Shown piece by piece: positions 26,964-37,846 of a stretch of 64,000 nucleotides of DNA (position 1 is the first letter of the stretch; each line of letters starts with the position of its first letter). The position numbers and the translations under genes were made by a program. The stretch lies in the IMG/VR virus record IMGVR_UViG_3300008262_006988. One strand, 5' to 3'. The DNA is from a virus. A model generated the notes under the pieces. It saw only the letters and a list, made by a program, of their open reading frames with translations, ran no database searches and was not told where the DNA came from.

Positions 26964-28259
26964 ATGGCAAATATATCAGCAAAATTATCACTTAATGTAC
27001 CAGCAATTACCGCTCTCTGTAAAGGCGAACCTGGTACGTCAATATTAAACGGTACTGGAGCACCTACAGCTGGCATCGGTAATGATGGTGATTTCTTTAT
27101 TAACACCACTTCTTATCAATTATATGGTCCAAAAGCTGGTGTATGGAATACACCTGTTCAGCTTAATAACAATATTTTAGCACCAAAGTGGGATTCTGCA
27201 TACAATACTTTAAGTTCACTTAGCGCCTCATGGGTTGGTGATAATACAACTGTATCTAGCAACAGTGCGAGATGGTCCGGTGTGTTTTCAACAACCCGTG
27301 CTTATAGTGGTGATTGGAATAGCGCTTTCAATACTGCATTAATTGTAAATAATGTAAGCGGTGACTGGGATCTTGCACCAAACGTTTATACAACAGTTGA
27401 TACCTATAGCGCGAACTGGAATAGTGTTTATAATACTGTTAGAGGTGTTAGTGCTGATAATAGTGCGAAGTTAAATAGCGTTTTTAGCAATGTAAATGTT
27501 AATAGCGCTTTTTGGAATAAAGATGCAGATACACAGGTACGCAGCCTTACCGGAAACTGGCAAAACACCTACACTGTTATGTACAATAATAGCGCTAATT
27601 GGGACACTGCTTTCGCTACAGCAGGTACAGATTTAGGTGTACGTAGCCTTACCGGAAACTGGCAAAGTACATATAACAATACATATTCGACAAGCGCACG
27701 CTGGGAGAATGCTTTTACTGTAACAAGTTCACAGAGTGCAAATAATAGAGGTGTATTTACAAATGTACGTTCACAAAGCGCTTCATGGATTGACACAAAT
27801 ACTACAGTTTGGACGTATAGTGCTGCGTGGAATGCTAGTACAGATTTTTCGCGCTATAACGCAACGTATAGTACTGTATTCTCTAACTCGGCTAATTGGT
27901 CAACCGATGATTTTATCATAATATGCAGCGATGAAACCACAGATCTAGCACCGACATCAAGTATAATGACGTTTAGGACACCTTTTGCTATGTATTTGAA
28001 TGAGGTAAGAGCTTCCGTAAGTCAAGCTTCTACCATCTCAAATATAGTATTAGATATTTCAGCTAATAATACTTCAATTTTCTCGACAAAATTAAGCATT
28101 AATCAAGATCAAACAACATCTACAACTGCAACGATACCCGCAGTAATAACTACAAATTTATTATCTGATGATACACGTATTAATGTGGGTATTGATCAGG
28201 TTGGTTTGTTGAATACTGGTAGAGGTTTAAAACTTACTTTCAAGGGATACAGAACATAA
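26964..28259 (+). CDS. Fibre protein with SANW repeats
   Basis: GTGAPTAGIGNDGDFFINT..LYGPK N-terminus, W-periodic repeats, C-terminal SDETTDL...GRGLKLTF domain. Confidence 0.7.
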   Translation: MANISAKLSLNVPAITALCKGEPGTSILNGTGAPTAGIGNDGDFFINTTSYQLYGPKAGVWNTPVQLNNNILAPKWDSAYNTLSSLSASWVGDNTTVSSNSARWSGVFSTTRAYSGDWNSAFNTALIVNNVSGDWDLAPNVYTTVDTYSANWNSVYNTVRGVSADNSAKLNSVFSNVNVNSAFWNKDADTQVRSLTGNWQNTYTVMYNNSANWDTAFATAGTDLGVRSLTGNWQSTYNNTYSTSARWENAFTVTSSQSANNRGVFTNVRSQSASWIDTNTTVWTYSAAWNASTDFSRYNATYSTVFSNSANWSTDDFIIICSDETTDLAPTSSIMTFRTPFAMYLNEVRASVSQASTISNIVLDISANNTSIFSTKLSINQDQTTSTTATIPAVITTNLLSDDTRINVGIDQVGLLNTGRGLKLTFKGYRT

Positions 28260-28263
28260 TAGC

Positions 28264-29676
28264 ATGAGAAGCTATACATTCGTATTATCAAGTGATCAAA
28301 AACAGTCCTTACCGATTATTTTAAATCACTATCTTTTTGAAGACCCGGTATATGGAATCTCGTTTACCTACCCGAATACTGCAAATGGAAGCTTTTTTCA
28401 CACAACAACTGGTTCTTTCACATACCCTGTAACAGCGAACGGCGGCATGATATACCCGTGGGGGTATGTCGTCCAGACTATCCGCACAAATCTTACAGCG
28501 GGTCCTTTTAAGGGCCCATATACAATAAATTTTTGCCCATCTGGTATTGATACGAGGTATTTTAACGTTTTAAAAATAATATATGATTTTGATAACGGCG
28601 AGCAAATTTATAATGTTGAAAAAGATATTGTACCGAATTTAAGGGAACGATTTTTACAGTCAAAAAGCCCTGTCGAGACAACACCAAGCAGAGTATATTA
28701 CCCGGGACCTGAATTGACAACGTTCCATCCAATTGTTTCCGTTATTAACAGTAATTTAACACAAAATATCTATAATATAACTTTCAGCCTAGTACCTGAA
28801 TCAATTTATGATTATAGTTCCTTAAAAGTTCTTAATGCTATACAACCCGGTGTAAGAACCCGTGAAACCATGGGCATGTTTGAAATAGAAAATTCTGATT
28901 TCGTAACAAATGCAAGAATTTTAAGTACCGCCGACACAAAATATAGTGAGGGTCTTGTATTCACGCCTTCACAGTACGGAAATCTCGCTGTATGGTTAGA
29001 TGCCTCAGAGAGTTTATCATTAGACAGAGATAATAGTTATAGAGTAAAATTGTGGCAAGATAAGAGCGGCAATGATAATCATTTCTATCAACTTTCTAGC
29101 TTTAACAAGCCAACCTTTGTCTATGCAAAACAAACTTCTGCAAACCGTAAAGCATTAAAATTTGCAGGCTCTCTCGAAGATGTACAGGATCAAAAATATT
29201 TAACATGTGTTAATAATACCGCTCTCAACGCAATAGTCAGCGGGTATACTGTTGCTTTTGTTTTACACCCTGGTTCTCTTTCTGGTACCCTTATCACACA
29301 AGCGAGTAATACTAATAATCCACGTAATAACATGTCAATATCATTCATTGACTCGTACGGGGTAAGTCTCACACAAGGATTATCAGATCATACAACAAGA
29401 ATTGATAATATATCACTTAATTTATCAAGTTATAATTTATTTACATTTACTGTAGCAGGCTCCTCATTACACACATCTACAGATGAGTTGGAATTAGATA
29501 TTCCTAATCAAAACTACACTTTTGGTAACAATGAAGCAGATATTACAATAGGCCCGTTGTTAAGTACAGAAATTTCTGAAATTTTAATATATACTGAACC
29601 ACTTTCTAAAATATCTCTTGACAAACTTAGAGCTGATCTGTGCTCAAAGTGGAATATAACGTATCAAACCAATTGA
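28264..29676 (+). CDS. Structural protein with LamG-like C-terminal domain
   Basis: LAVWLDAS...WQDKSGNDNH...ISEILIY...KWNI. Confidence 0.65.
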   Translation: MRSYTFVLSSDQKQSLPIILNHYLFEDPVYGISFTYPNTANGSFFHTTTGSFTYPVTANGGMIYPWGYVVQTIRTNLTAGPFKGPYTINFCPSGIDTRYFNVLKIIYDFDNGEQIYNVEKDIVPNLRERFLQSKSPVETTPSRVYYPGPELTTFHPIVSVINSNLTQNIYNITFSLVPESIYDYSSLKVLNAIQPGVRTRETMGMFEIENSDFVTNARILSTADTKYSEGLVFTPSQYGNLAVWLDASESLSLDRDNSYRVKLWQDKSGNDNHFYQLSSFNKPTFVYAKQTSANRKALKFAGSLEDVQDQKYLTCVNNTALNAIVSGYTVAFVLHPGSLSGTLITQASNTNNPRNNMSISFIDSYGVSLTQGLSDHTTRIDNISLNLSSYNLFTFTVAGSSLHTSTDELELDIPNQNYTFGNNEADITIGPLLSTEISEILIYTEPLSKISLDKLRADLCSKWNITYQTN

Positions 29677-29695
29677 TGTTACTATAAATAACGTT

Positions 29696-32600
29696 ATGGA
29701 GATTGTCTCTCTTAGTTCAACAAATTTTATCGGCTTATCCTCAAATTATGTATATGATAAGGCATTAAGATTTAAAGAAAATATCGTCTACACAGAAAAC
29801 GGGTTATATTTTCCAAAATCTAATGCTCTTACTAATGCAAATGACGTTGCAACAAATAATTTTTCACATTTATTTTTATCATATAAAGCACCACTAACCG
29901 ATAATATCTATATTAAAGATCTTGAACGGTTAGAAGATGAAGGGTTCTCTACATATCTTGCAATAAATGCGCTGAATGGTATTACCGGTGAGAGTACTTT
30001 TCTTGTCGTAGAAGAGCCTACTGTGGATGTAAATACTGCGAGCATTGCAATGACAGGTGCGGTGGATGCAATCGATAACCGGTATTTATTTGAAATAGAA
30101 TTTATTGATGATGCACTTTGTAGCGTCAAACATGAAACTAATCTCGAATCGAGATATATGACAGTAGATTATCTCGGTAATATTACATTTACTAAAAAAG
30201 GTAATTACGATCACTTATATGATTTAAGTCCACAGTTGTTTTATTACCTTTACGATAGAGAGCAAGATTATATAGTTTTTTATAAAAATATTAGCGATAT
30301 TGCAATGTACGTTACTTACAATATTTTTGAAGAAACGCTTACTCTCACCGAGCCTTTCACAGGTGTCTTAACACCCTATACGTCGTTAAGTATTTTTAAA
30401 TGTATAAATCGCAATGAAGCACCTAATGATACTAAATTGTTTGATTCATGGGTCGCTTATAATAAAGATCAAAAAACAAATTCCCAAGAAATATTTGCAA
30501 CACGGAGTACGGCAGCGATAGATTCCAATGTTCTTTTAAACGCAGAGTACAATTCTCTTTCCAGCAACTCTCTCGATTTAAATATTCTTTCTTTAAAAAA
30601 TACTAATACACCAGAAAATTTTCAATCACGCAATAACCCTTTTAGTTTTACAAAGACACCACTCTTTACAGAAGCTGAGTCAGATTTTAGAGATTATAAA
30701 CGCATATTTGCAGGTTCAAATCAGCTTCTCGGTAATGATAATATTACACTCGGTTACGATGCGTATACTACAGATATTGTTCTTAAGAGTGACAGTATCA
30801 CTTACTTTCATATACCACAAAATACGTATCCGTATATTCAATTAAATATAGGTGAATCAGGTCTCCAGGAGGCAGGTGCTATTGCAGGTGATCACCCTTT
30901 AAAGGCAGATAAGATATTTAAACGGCTTGGTAACAATAAATATACTTCGCATTTTGGTGAATCCATCGAAGAAGCGACAGGTAGTTTTCTTTGCACATGG
31001 CTATCTGGTAACCATAACCCAAATTCTAAACCTATATGGGTTGATAGATATTATAACCCTTCAAAAGTTTCATTTTTTGGAGCACTTTCAACAAATCAAG
31101 TTCAGTCAATAGTATATAAATCACTACTTGAGTGTCTTGCAGGTACAGTAGCTGACATTCTTAAAAACGTAACCGTGTTTGACAAGCCTTCTGATATGGT
31201 TCTTGAACCAGGTACGTATTATGCATATCACCACTACGGTCAAGATGATATAAGTAGGTATATTCTTTCTCTTAATAATCATCTAGTACAAGAAAATATT
31301 AATATAGTAAGAGATGCAGAGACAACATCAGAGGTTTTTTATGATGGTACTGAATATATGCTTGACGGTTCAATTTACGGTGTTACGAACAGTCTTTCTG
31401 CTATTCAAGATTCTGGTCAATTTACACTTTCGTTTTTTGCTCATAGCAATGATTGGACAAAGCCGTTTGCAGGCCAATTAATAGGTAATTATGCGACCGA
31501 TGGGTTTGGTATTTTTAATCAAAATACTTTAACACCGATGTTATATGTACCTACTCTTTGCGGTAGTGTCATCTTTAACACCGACATTACACCTATAAAA
31601 ACACTCACATATAAGAGTACTGCTGCTGCTTTCTTGCGACCTGCAGGTATTAGTAGTTATTACGTGGTACATACTGATGGGCAACTTAACAGATATAGTG
31701 CATCTGACACACTTTTACAGGAAATAACACTACCAGATTTTAAAAATTTTATATCGTATGATAGTACATTAACCGAAGATTACTTGCTTTACGGTAGTAT
31801 CGTAAACCCTGATAGACATATCGTTAAAGTAAATACTTCACAAGGTATCATAACCGATATTACAAATCAAGTTTTATCAGATTTAACAGCTCGTTTTGCA
31901 TACGATGTTGAGCGTAACTGGTATCCTACATCTTCAGGCTCTACTCTTTTAAAGCAAGCTTCCTCGATCGACTATTATAACGGTTATTTTTATCTTACAC
32001 CTGGTAAGTCAGCATCGCGTGTTGATGATACAATATATTACTTGCGCGACAATAATACTATAATGAAGTGGGATGATATTGAAGAAAATACTTCATTGCC
32101 AGCTGTTACTGCATTTAAATCAAAAACTGTTATTAATGATTTTGAAATCGACTATCAGAATAATATGTGGATATTAGCTGATAACAATAAATTTTACAAA
32201 TACACCCTCGAAAAAGAATTCATCTTATCAGGTGCACTTGATGATAAGGATTATACAAATTATAATATTGGGTTTATTGCGGATTTTTCTGATGGTGAGT
32301 ACTATCAGAGAGCAGTAATTACACGCATTGGTTATGAACAACTACCACCACCACCTGCTGACCCAACAAATACTAGTCTGTCTGCTCAAAATTACAATTT
32401 TAGTATGCTAGATATGCAGGGTAATTTACTCTCAAGCTTTAAGTATCAAACATTAACAGGTAGTGCAATTTTTGATCCATCTAACTCTGATTATTTGCGA
32501 AAATTTGTTAATAATAAGTATACAGAGAGCAATTTAAATGTAAAAGCTACACTTACAAATGCTTTTAATATCACTGACACCCTAACAATTGACTTGCCAC

Positions 32601-33154
32601 ACTCACTTGCTAATGTTGATCCGGGGTATCATCATTTTGCTGTCCGTTTTGATACTTACAACGGATATATGTATTTGTTTATTGATGGTCAACAGGTAGA
32701 TATGTTACAGTTCACACCACGTAAATATCGATTTAATGGCTTTATTAGCAGACCGTTTTTAATAGGCACTTCATGCTTTACAAACTCTGTGCCACTCTTT
32801 AAATACACGCAAAAACAAACATGCATTACTAAGGATATTACTATAAAGGACTTTAGAATATATAACGAGCCAATGAATTATTTCGATATCTCGTTTCTCG
32901 CTAAGCGTGGTATGGAGATACAGGATATACACTTCAATGTACCTTGTGGTAGACGTGCTTATCTTGAAGAAGTAGAACGATTCTTCAAAGCATCGGTACC
33001 TGGAACAAAATCTGGGTTATATAATGTTGTAATTAAGAACAGCGGCATCATTAATGATGAGGTAAAAGGTGTATTGGAGCAAAGAATACTTGAAACTCTT
33101 CGTGCATCAGCTCCTATTTACAGTAAATTAAATAAAATAAAGTGGGAATCGTAA
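29696..33154 (+). CDS. Large baseplate/fibre-associated structural protein (ConA/LamG-like segments)
   Basis: 1152 aa; YHHFAVRFD...LFIDGQ...IKDFRIYN; TATAAATA at 29683. Confidence 0.6.
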   Translation: MEIVSLSSTNFIGLSSNYVYDKALRFKENIVYTENGLYFPKSNALTNANDVATNNFSHLFLSYKAPLTDNIYIKDLERLEDEGFSTYLAINALNGITGESTFLVVEEPTVDVNTASIAMTGAVDAIDNRYLFEIEFIDDALCSVKHETNLESRYMTVDYLGNITFTKKGNYDHLYDLSPQLFYYLYDREQDYIVFYKNISDIAMYVTYNIFEETLTLTEPFTGVLTPYTSLSIFKCINRNEAPNDTKLFDSWVAYNKDQKTNSQEIFATRSTAAIDSNVLLNAEYNSLSSNSLDLNILSLKNTNTPENFQSRNNPFSFTKTPLFTEAESDFRDYKRIFAGSNQLLGNDNITLGYDAYTTDIVLKSDSITYFHIPQNTYPYIQLNIGESGLQEAGAIAGDHPLKADKIFKRLGNNKYTSHFGESIEEATGSFLCTWLSGNHNPNSKPIWVDRYYNPSKVSFFGALSTNQVQSIVYKSLLECLAGTVADILKNVTVFDKPSDMVLEPGTYYAYHHYGQDDISRYILSLNNHLVQENINIVRDAETTSEVFYDGTEYMLDGSIYGVTNSLSAIQDSGQFTLSFFAHSNDWTKPFAGQLIGNYATDGFGIFNQNTLTPMLYVPTLCGSVIFNTDITPIKTLTYKSTAAAFLRPAGISSYYVVHTDGQLNRYSASDTLLQEITLPDFKNFISYDSTLTEDYLLYGSIVNPDRHIVKVNTSQGIITDITNQVLSDLTARFAYDVERNWYPTSSGSTLLKQASSIDYYNGYFYLTPGKSASRVDDTIYYLRDNNTIMKWDDIEENTSLPAVTAFKSKTVINDFEIDYQNNMWILADNNKFYKYTLEKEFILSGALDDKDYTNYNIGFIADFSDGEYYQRAVITRIGYEQLPPPPADPTNTSLSAQNYNFSMLDMQGNLLSSFKYQTLTGSAIFDPSNSDYLRKFVNNKYTESNLNVKATLTNAFNITDTLTIDLPHSLANVDPGYHHFAVRFDTYNGYMYLFIDGQQVDMLQFTPRKYRFNGFISRPFLIGTSCFTNSVPLFKYTQKQTCITKDITIKDFRIYNEPMNYFDISFLAKRGMEIQDIHFNVPCGRRAYLEEVERFFKASVPGTKSGLYNVVIKNSGIINDEVKGVLEQRILETLRASAPIYSKLNKIKWES

Positions 33155-33158
33155 ATAT

Positions 33159-34769
33159 ATGAATATTGCACAAATTGTAACAGAGAGCGGGCTAATGTTT
33201 GACAGACATACCAATTCCTCTTACACGTTACCGGTTACTAGCTTTGATGAGATAAAAATACAACCAAACGATGTTGCAACATCTACTGTAATAAACGGAA
33301 AATTTAAAAAACTCTACGATAATTTTTTGTATCTTTATAAATCATCCCGTATAGCATCAAACATGGTACCCATTTCATCTATTGCTATATGTGGTGTAAG
33401 TGCGTCTTCAAATGACCCTGTAACATGGAAGCGTGGCTTAAGTTCCAGTGCTTTTACGAAAATGGCTTTTGGTGGCTTTTACGGCGAGCTCAACGTAACA
33501 GATACTGCTGTTGTAAACAATACGGACTTAGATCGCTATTCTATCTTTTTTTCGACAGGTAAAGACATTGTTGTTTATAATAGCGATACTGATGATAAGA
33601 CGCTCACCCTTGTATTAAGTACAAATCAACTCGCTATTAATTACAACGTAAAATGGCAAAATATTGTTGATATCGAATTCGGTACAAAAAATCAAATGTA
33701 TGTTCTTGATAGAGGTGCAAATAGATTAGCAAAATATGATGTATCAGGATTTACTACCGATGATAGTATACTAAATAACAAGATTTTATACAAAGACAGC
33801 ATAGGTGGCTACGGTACTTACGATGATAGGTTGTTATTTAACTCACCCCGTGCCATGACGATATACAATACTGATGTAATAGTGCTCGATAATGATAACG
33901 GTTGCGTTAAGAGGTATGACGAAAATTTAAATTGGCGAATAACTTATAGATTGTTTAGAGACTTTTTATCAGCTTACCCAGTTGATATTGATTGTGACGA
34001 CTATGGTAATTTTTATATCTTAACTGAAAATGGTTATTTGTTAAAATATGATAATGATTTCTTAACAAAAACAACAATAAACCTGTTGCCTCTTTCAAGT
34101 ACAGGAGAAGTATTTAAAAGAATAACATTTTCACCCACAGAAGCAAATATAGGTTATATAACAACTAATAAAAACGTATATAAAGTTACAACAAGTGACG
34201 GATTTAATATTATTGGTCCTTATCTTTTTTATCGTAACTATATTAATACTAACGAAGACATATTATCTTTTTCTTCACTCTCTTACGGCATAAACGATAA
34301 GAATTTTGTTTTTTCAACAAACGGTACAAGGGGTATAATGCGTTTATATTATGACAATTTAAATTTATACGATGTTTTATCAATAAAAGACTTTGATGTG
34401 TATACTTTTGATGAAATTGCAATTAGTAGATATGAGTATCTACAGAATTGGGTATTTAACAAATCTATAGCTAAGTTACTTATAAATCATATGCGATTAA
34501 GAGACCAAATTACAGGTAAATTTTTAGCAAGAAAAGATAAATTTGAAAATATGGTTTTACAGGGTACGAGATATTTACTGCCCGAAGAGCAAGGTAGTTT
34601 ATTTTTTCAGCAAGATATAACGTATTTTATCGGTGCGAACGAAATTTTTCAAAATAATATAGTTAACAGATGTCTTGAGAAGATTTTTAATATTCAAGAA
34701 GAACTCTACACAGCGTTAATGCTAGATAAAAGGTATATATATGATATGGGGAAGCCTGTGATTATATAA
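33159..34769 (+). CDS. NHL-like beta-propeller structural protein
   Basis: MYVLDRGANRLAKYD, FNSPRAM...VLDNDNGCVKRYD, PVDIDCDDYGNFYIL. Confidence 0.6.
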   Translation: MNIAQIVTESGLMFDRHTNSSYTLPVTSFDEIKIQPNDVATSTVINGKFKKLYDNFLYLYKSSRIASNMVPISSIAICGVSASSNDPVTWKRGLSSSAFTKMAFGGFYGELNVTDTAVVNNTDLDRYSIFFSTGKDIVVYNSDTDDKTLTLVLSTNQLAINYNVKWQNIVDIEFGTKNQMYVLDRGANRLAKYDVSGFTTDDSILNNKILYKDSIGGYGTYDDRLLFNSPRAMTIYNTDVIVLDNDNGCVKRYDENLNWRITYRLFRDFLSAYPVDIDCDDYGNFYILTENGYLLKYDNDFLTKTTINLLPLSSTGEVFKRITFSPTEANIGYITTNKNVYKVTTSDGFNIIGPYLFYRNYINTNEDILSFSSLSYGINDKNFVFSTNGTRGIMRLYYDNLNLYDVLSIKDFDVYTFDEIAISRYEYLQNWVFNKSIAKLLINHMRLRDQITGKFLARKDKFENMVLQGTRYLLPEEQGSLFFQQDITYFIGANEIFQNNIVNRCLEKIFNIQEELYTALMLDKRYIYDMGKPVII

Positions 34770-34811
34770 TATGTCATGTGGAAAGTACATGTAAAACAAT
34801 AAATAATTGAA

Positions 34812-35384
34812 ATGGCGACAATTTCTGTAGTAAAATTAAAAGTCAGGCGTGGTCCTGATAGACAGAGAAAACTTGTAATACTAGATAATGGTGAGTTAGG
34901 CTATACGACTGACCCGAGTGCAAATAGACTTTTTGTAGGTGATGGTGTTGCAAAGGGTGGTATTAGTACTTCAATGAAGTTCTTTTATGGTAGTATTACA
35001 ACGCCTTCTTCGCTTGTTTATACACAAATAGGTGATCTTGTTTACAATACTGATGACACACGTCTTTATATTTTGACAGGGATTGATTCAGATAATTTCC
35101 CCGACTATTCAAATAGACAGGCTTACCAGTTTATCGGTACAAGAGCTGATGATACTACGCTTACATACAACATTGCAGGAAGGTTGGCTGTTAAAACTAA
35201 CGGTATCGATGCAGCGCAAATATCTTCTAATGCTTTTGATTTTACTACAGGGTTTGATAGAGCGACGAGTACTAGTAAAATAAAAATTAATATAAATAAC
35301 ATCGATGCATCTTTACTACCGACTACTAACCCCGGGCCAGGTAAATTATGGAACAGTGGAGGATTCGTAAAAGTAGGAACGTAA
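34812..35384 (+). CDS. Short fibre protein with N-terminal VRRG...GELGY attachment module
   Basis: KLKVRRG...LDNGELGYTTD...LFVGDG. Confidence 0.65.
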   Translation: MATISVVKLKVRRGPDRQRKLVILDNGELGYTTDPSANRLFVGDGVAKGGISTSMKFFYGSITTPSSLVYTQIGDLVYNTDDTRLYILTGIDSDNFPDYSNRQAYQFIGTRADDTTLTYNIAGRLAVKTNGIDAAQISSNAFDFTTGFDRATSTSKIKININNIDASLLPTTNPGPGKLWNSGGFVKVGT

Positions 35385-35388
35385 CACT

Positions 35389-37248
35389 ATGGCTATTGAA
35401 ATCTCTTCAAACAGTGTAGTAAAGATAGTTGTCAGACGCGGTACCGATTCTGATAGACGTCTTACATTATTATCTAACGGTGAATTAGGTTACGCGCAGG
35501 ATGTACAACGTCTTTACATTGGTAATGGTATAACTGCTGGTGGTATACCGGTTGGAAATAAATTTTTTGGTACCGTACCAACAAGAGCAGCATACTTAGG
35601 CCTTGCAGAAGAAGGCGATACGATATTTGACACAACAACAAAGACATTGTATGGTCTTGATACTGGTGTTTGGAAGAACATACATCCGAGCTTCCAAGTA
35701 AATGTATTTGAACAGAGCTTAAACGGTACGTGGAATCTTTCACCTGATGCTTTTGCGGCTGCGTTTACGTTTGAACCTACTTACGAGCCATACTCAATAG
35801 CTGGGGTACCTAATAAGATAGATTTACATTCTAATTTTTGGTCGTTGTGTTCGGATTATGGTAGCTTCTATATAGGTGATATTAAAGCACGTACTGTTAA
35901 GAATAATTTTGATGCTACGCTTAATGTCGCAGAAGATATATATGTAAATTCAGGCTTATCAAACCCTAATCAAATACAAATTCTCGCACGTAACACAGCC
36001 GGAAATTCTTCCATACGTGCAGTTAGTGGTCTCTTTGATGTCGGCGGTCGTACTGGGTTATATTTGACTACTGATAGTAAAAATGCTCAGTATATTGATA
36101 ATGGTCAGAATGTTTTTATGCTGAATACAGGTGGTACATATAATGCACCTGATTTTCGTGTAGAAGGGTTAAGTAGATTCGTCTCTGACTCACATTTCGA
36201 CAACAACGTTACTATATACGGTAATTTGAGCGTATATGGCGATCTGTCATATCTCGAAACTGTTATTGCTACGACAAGCGCTGTAGAAATCATTAACAGA
36301 AATAAAAATGCTATTGCTCTTAAAGTATCCCAATTAGATAATGCTGCGGACCAGACACTTGCTCAGTTTAATAGCGACACAGGTAACCCGGTAATGCAAA
36401 TAAAGGACGGACCTTATGTAGGCATTAATGCGCCTTCTACTGAAATAAGTACTACAGCTAATTTTTCGGTATACGGTAAAACGTTGTTTACTACAAATAA
36501 TAGTACCTTTACAATAAATGCAGGTACCGGTAGCACAAATCTTAACGGAGCGATTAACATAGGCGGAACAGTAGATTTCGTTACCGGTCCGACAGCAAGC
36601 ACTGTTTCAAATAGGTTGCTTGTATTAAATGCGAGTAATCAAATTGAATATCGTGATATAAGCTCGAGCGCGTGGGCAGCAGACTTTTTAAAAGGGACAC
36701 TTACCGATAATTATGTACCGAAGAAGCAAGCTAGTATTACTAATACACTTACGAATTCACAAATATTCGATAATGGTACAAGTGTAGGTATAAATACCGC
36801 TATACCTAATGCTATATATAGGCTTGAAGTAAATGGGGCATTTAAGAGTACTTCTGTCAATACCGGCGCTGTTGATTGTACGAGCGTTACAACCAATAAT
36901 GGTAATATCACCATGGGAACAGGTGATTTATCTTGTGAAAATGTTAACGCGACGGGAGACGTTACTGCTTTCTTTACATCAGATAGACGTCTTAAAAACA
37001 ACATAACACCTATTACATCACCATTGGAGAAACTAATGCAGATTTCCGGTGTTAACTTTGAATGGGATGAAACTTTACAAGATTTACATAAGGGTACTGA
37101 TGTTGGTGTCATAGCACAAGAGATAGAAACAGTTTTACCTGAAGCGGTGACAACCCGCGTTAACGGCTATAAGGCTGTTAACTATGAAAAAGTTATACCT
37201 TTACTTGTAGAAGCAATAAAAGAGTTGCAAGAGAAACTAAATAAATAA
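35389..37248 (+). CDS. Tail fibre with C-terminal intramolecular chaperone (peptidase S74)
   Basis: N-terminal VRRG...GELGY; C-terminal SDRRLKNNI...GVIAQEIE.VLPEAV...VNYEKVIPLLVEAIKEL. Confidence 0.88.
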   Translation: MAIEISSNSVVKIVVRRGTDSDRRLTLLSNGELGYAQDVQRLYIGNGITAGGIPVGNKFFGTVPTRAAYLGLAEEGDTIFDTTTKTLYGLDTGVWKNIHPSFQVNVFEQSLNGTWNLSPDAFAAAFTFEPTYEPYSIAGVPNKIDLHSNFWSLCSDYGSFYIGDIKARTVKNNFDATLNVAEDIYVNSGLSNPNQIQILARNTAGNSSIRAVSGLFDVGGRTGLYLTTDSKNAQYIDNGQNVFMLNTGGTYNAPDFRVEGLSRFVSDSHFDNNVTIYGNLSVYGDLSYLETVIATTSAVEIINRNKNAIALKVSQLDNAADQTLAQFNSDTGNPVMQIKDGPYVGINAPSTEISTTANFSVYGKTLFTTNNSTFTINAGTGSTNLNGAINIGGTVDFVTGPTASTVSNRLLVLNASNQIEYRDISSSAWAADFLKGTLTDNYVPKKQASITNTLTNSQIFDNGTSVGINTAIPNAIYRLEVNGAFKSTSVNTGAVDCTSVTTNNGNITMGTGDLSCENVNATGDVTAFFTSDRRLKNNITPITSPLEKLMQISGVNFEWDETLQDLHKGTDVGVIAQEIETVLPEAVTTRVNGYKAVNYEKVIPLLVEAIKELQEKLNK

Positions 37249-37263
37249 GTAATATTAAAAGAT

Positions 37264-37842
37264 ATGGCGATAATTAATCCAAACGGAACTGTAAGTGTAG
37301 GTAATGCCGCGGGTGCTGGACGCAGTGTCAACGGGCTTACGAGCGGTACACCTAACGTACAAACGAATATCACTACTAAAGAATCGACATATATGGGCGG
37401 TAACCCTGCAAGAATAACTGCAGCAGGCGCTGTTTGTATGCCGAGACAAGCACAAATCACAACACCAATACCAAACGTCTTTAATGGTAATGCTATAATT
37501 TACAATAACGTACAAACTACAGCATGGAGAAGTACAGCATTATCAGAATTCCGTGCGGCCTATACAACGAGACCATCGTTGACATGGGCGTCCTCAAATA
37601 CCGGTAATTTTAATACTGGTACTATAACAATCACTGTAACACCACCTGCTGATGCAAATATTGCTGGTACATGTTCAGTATATTTAGCAGGCGTTTCTAC
37701 TGCTTGGGAGACTGTAAATACAAGCAATCAAAGACAATATACTGTTGCCAGAGGTACAGTGTATACTGCATATGTTAAAGATATAAATAACTGTGGTGCA
37801 AATATGGAAATATCAGTTGGAAATATTCAATATACTGGTTAA
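37264..37842 (+). CDS. Putative fibre tip protein
   Basis: Thr/Gly/Asn-rich, follows the S74 fibre, AATAAATA upstream. Confidence 0.5.
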   Translation: MAIINPNGTVSVGNAAGAGRSVNGLTSGTPNVQTNITTKESTYMGGNPARITAAGAVCMPRQAQITTPIPNVFNGNAIIYNNVQTTAWRSTALSEFRAAYTTRPSLTWASSNTGNFNTGTITITVTPPADANIAGTCSVYLAGVSTAWETVNTSNQRQYTVARGTVYTAYVKDINNCGANMEISVGNIQYTG

Positions 37843-37846
37843 TTTT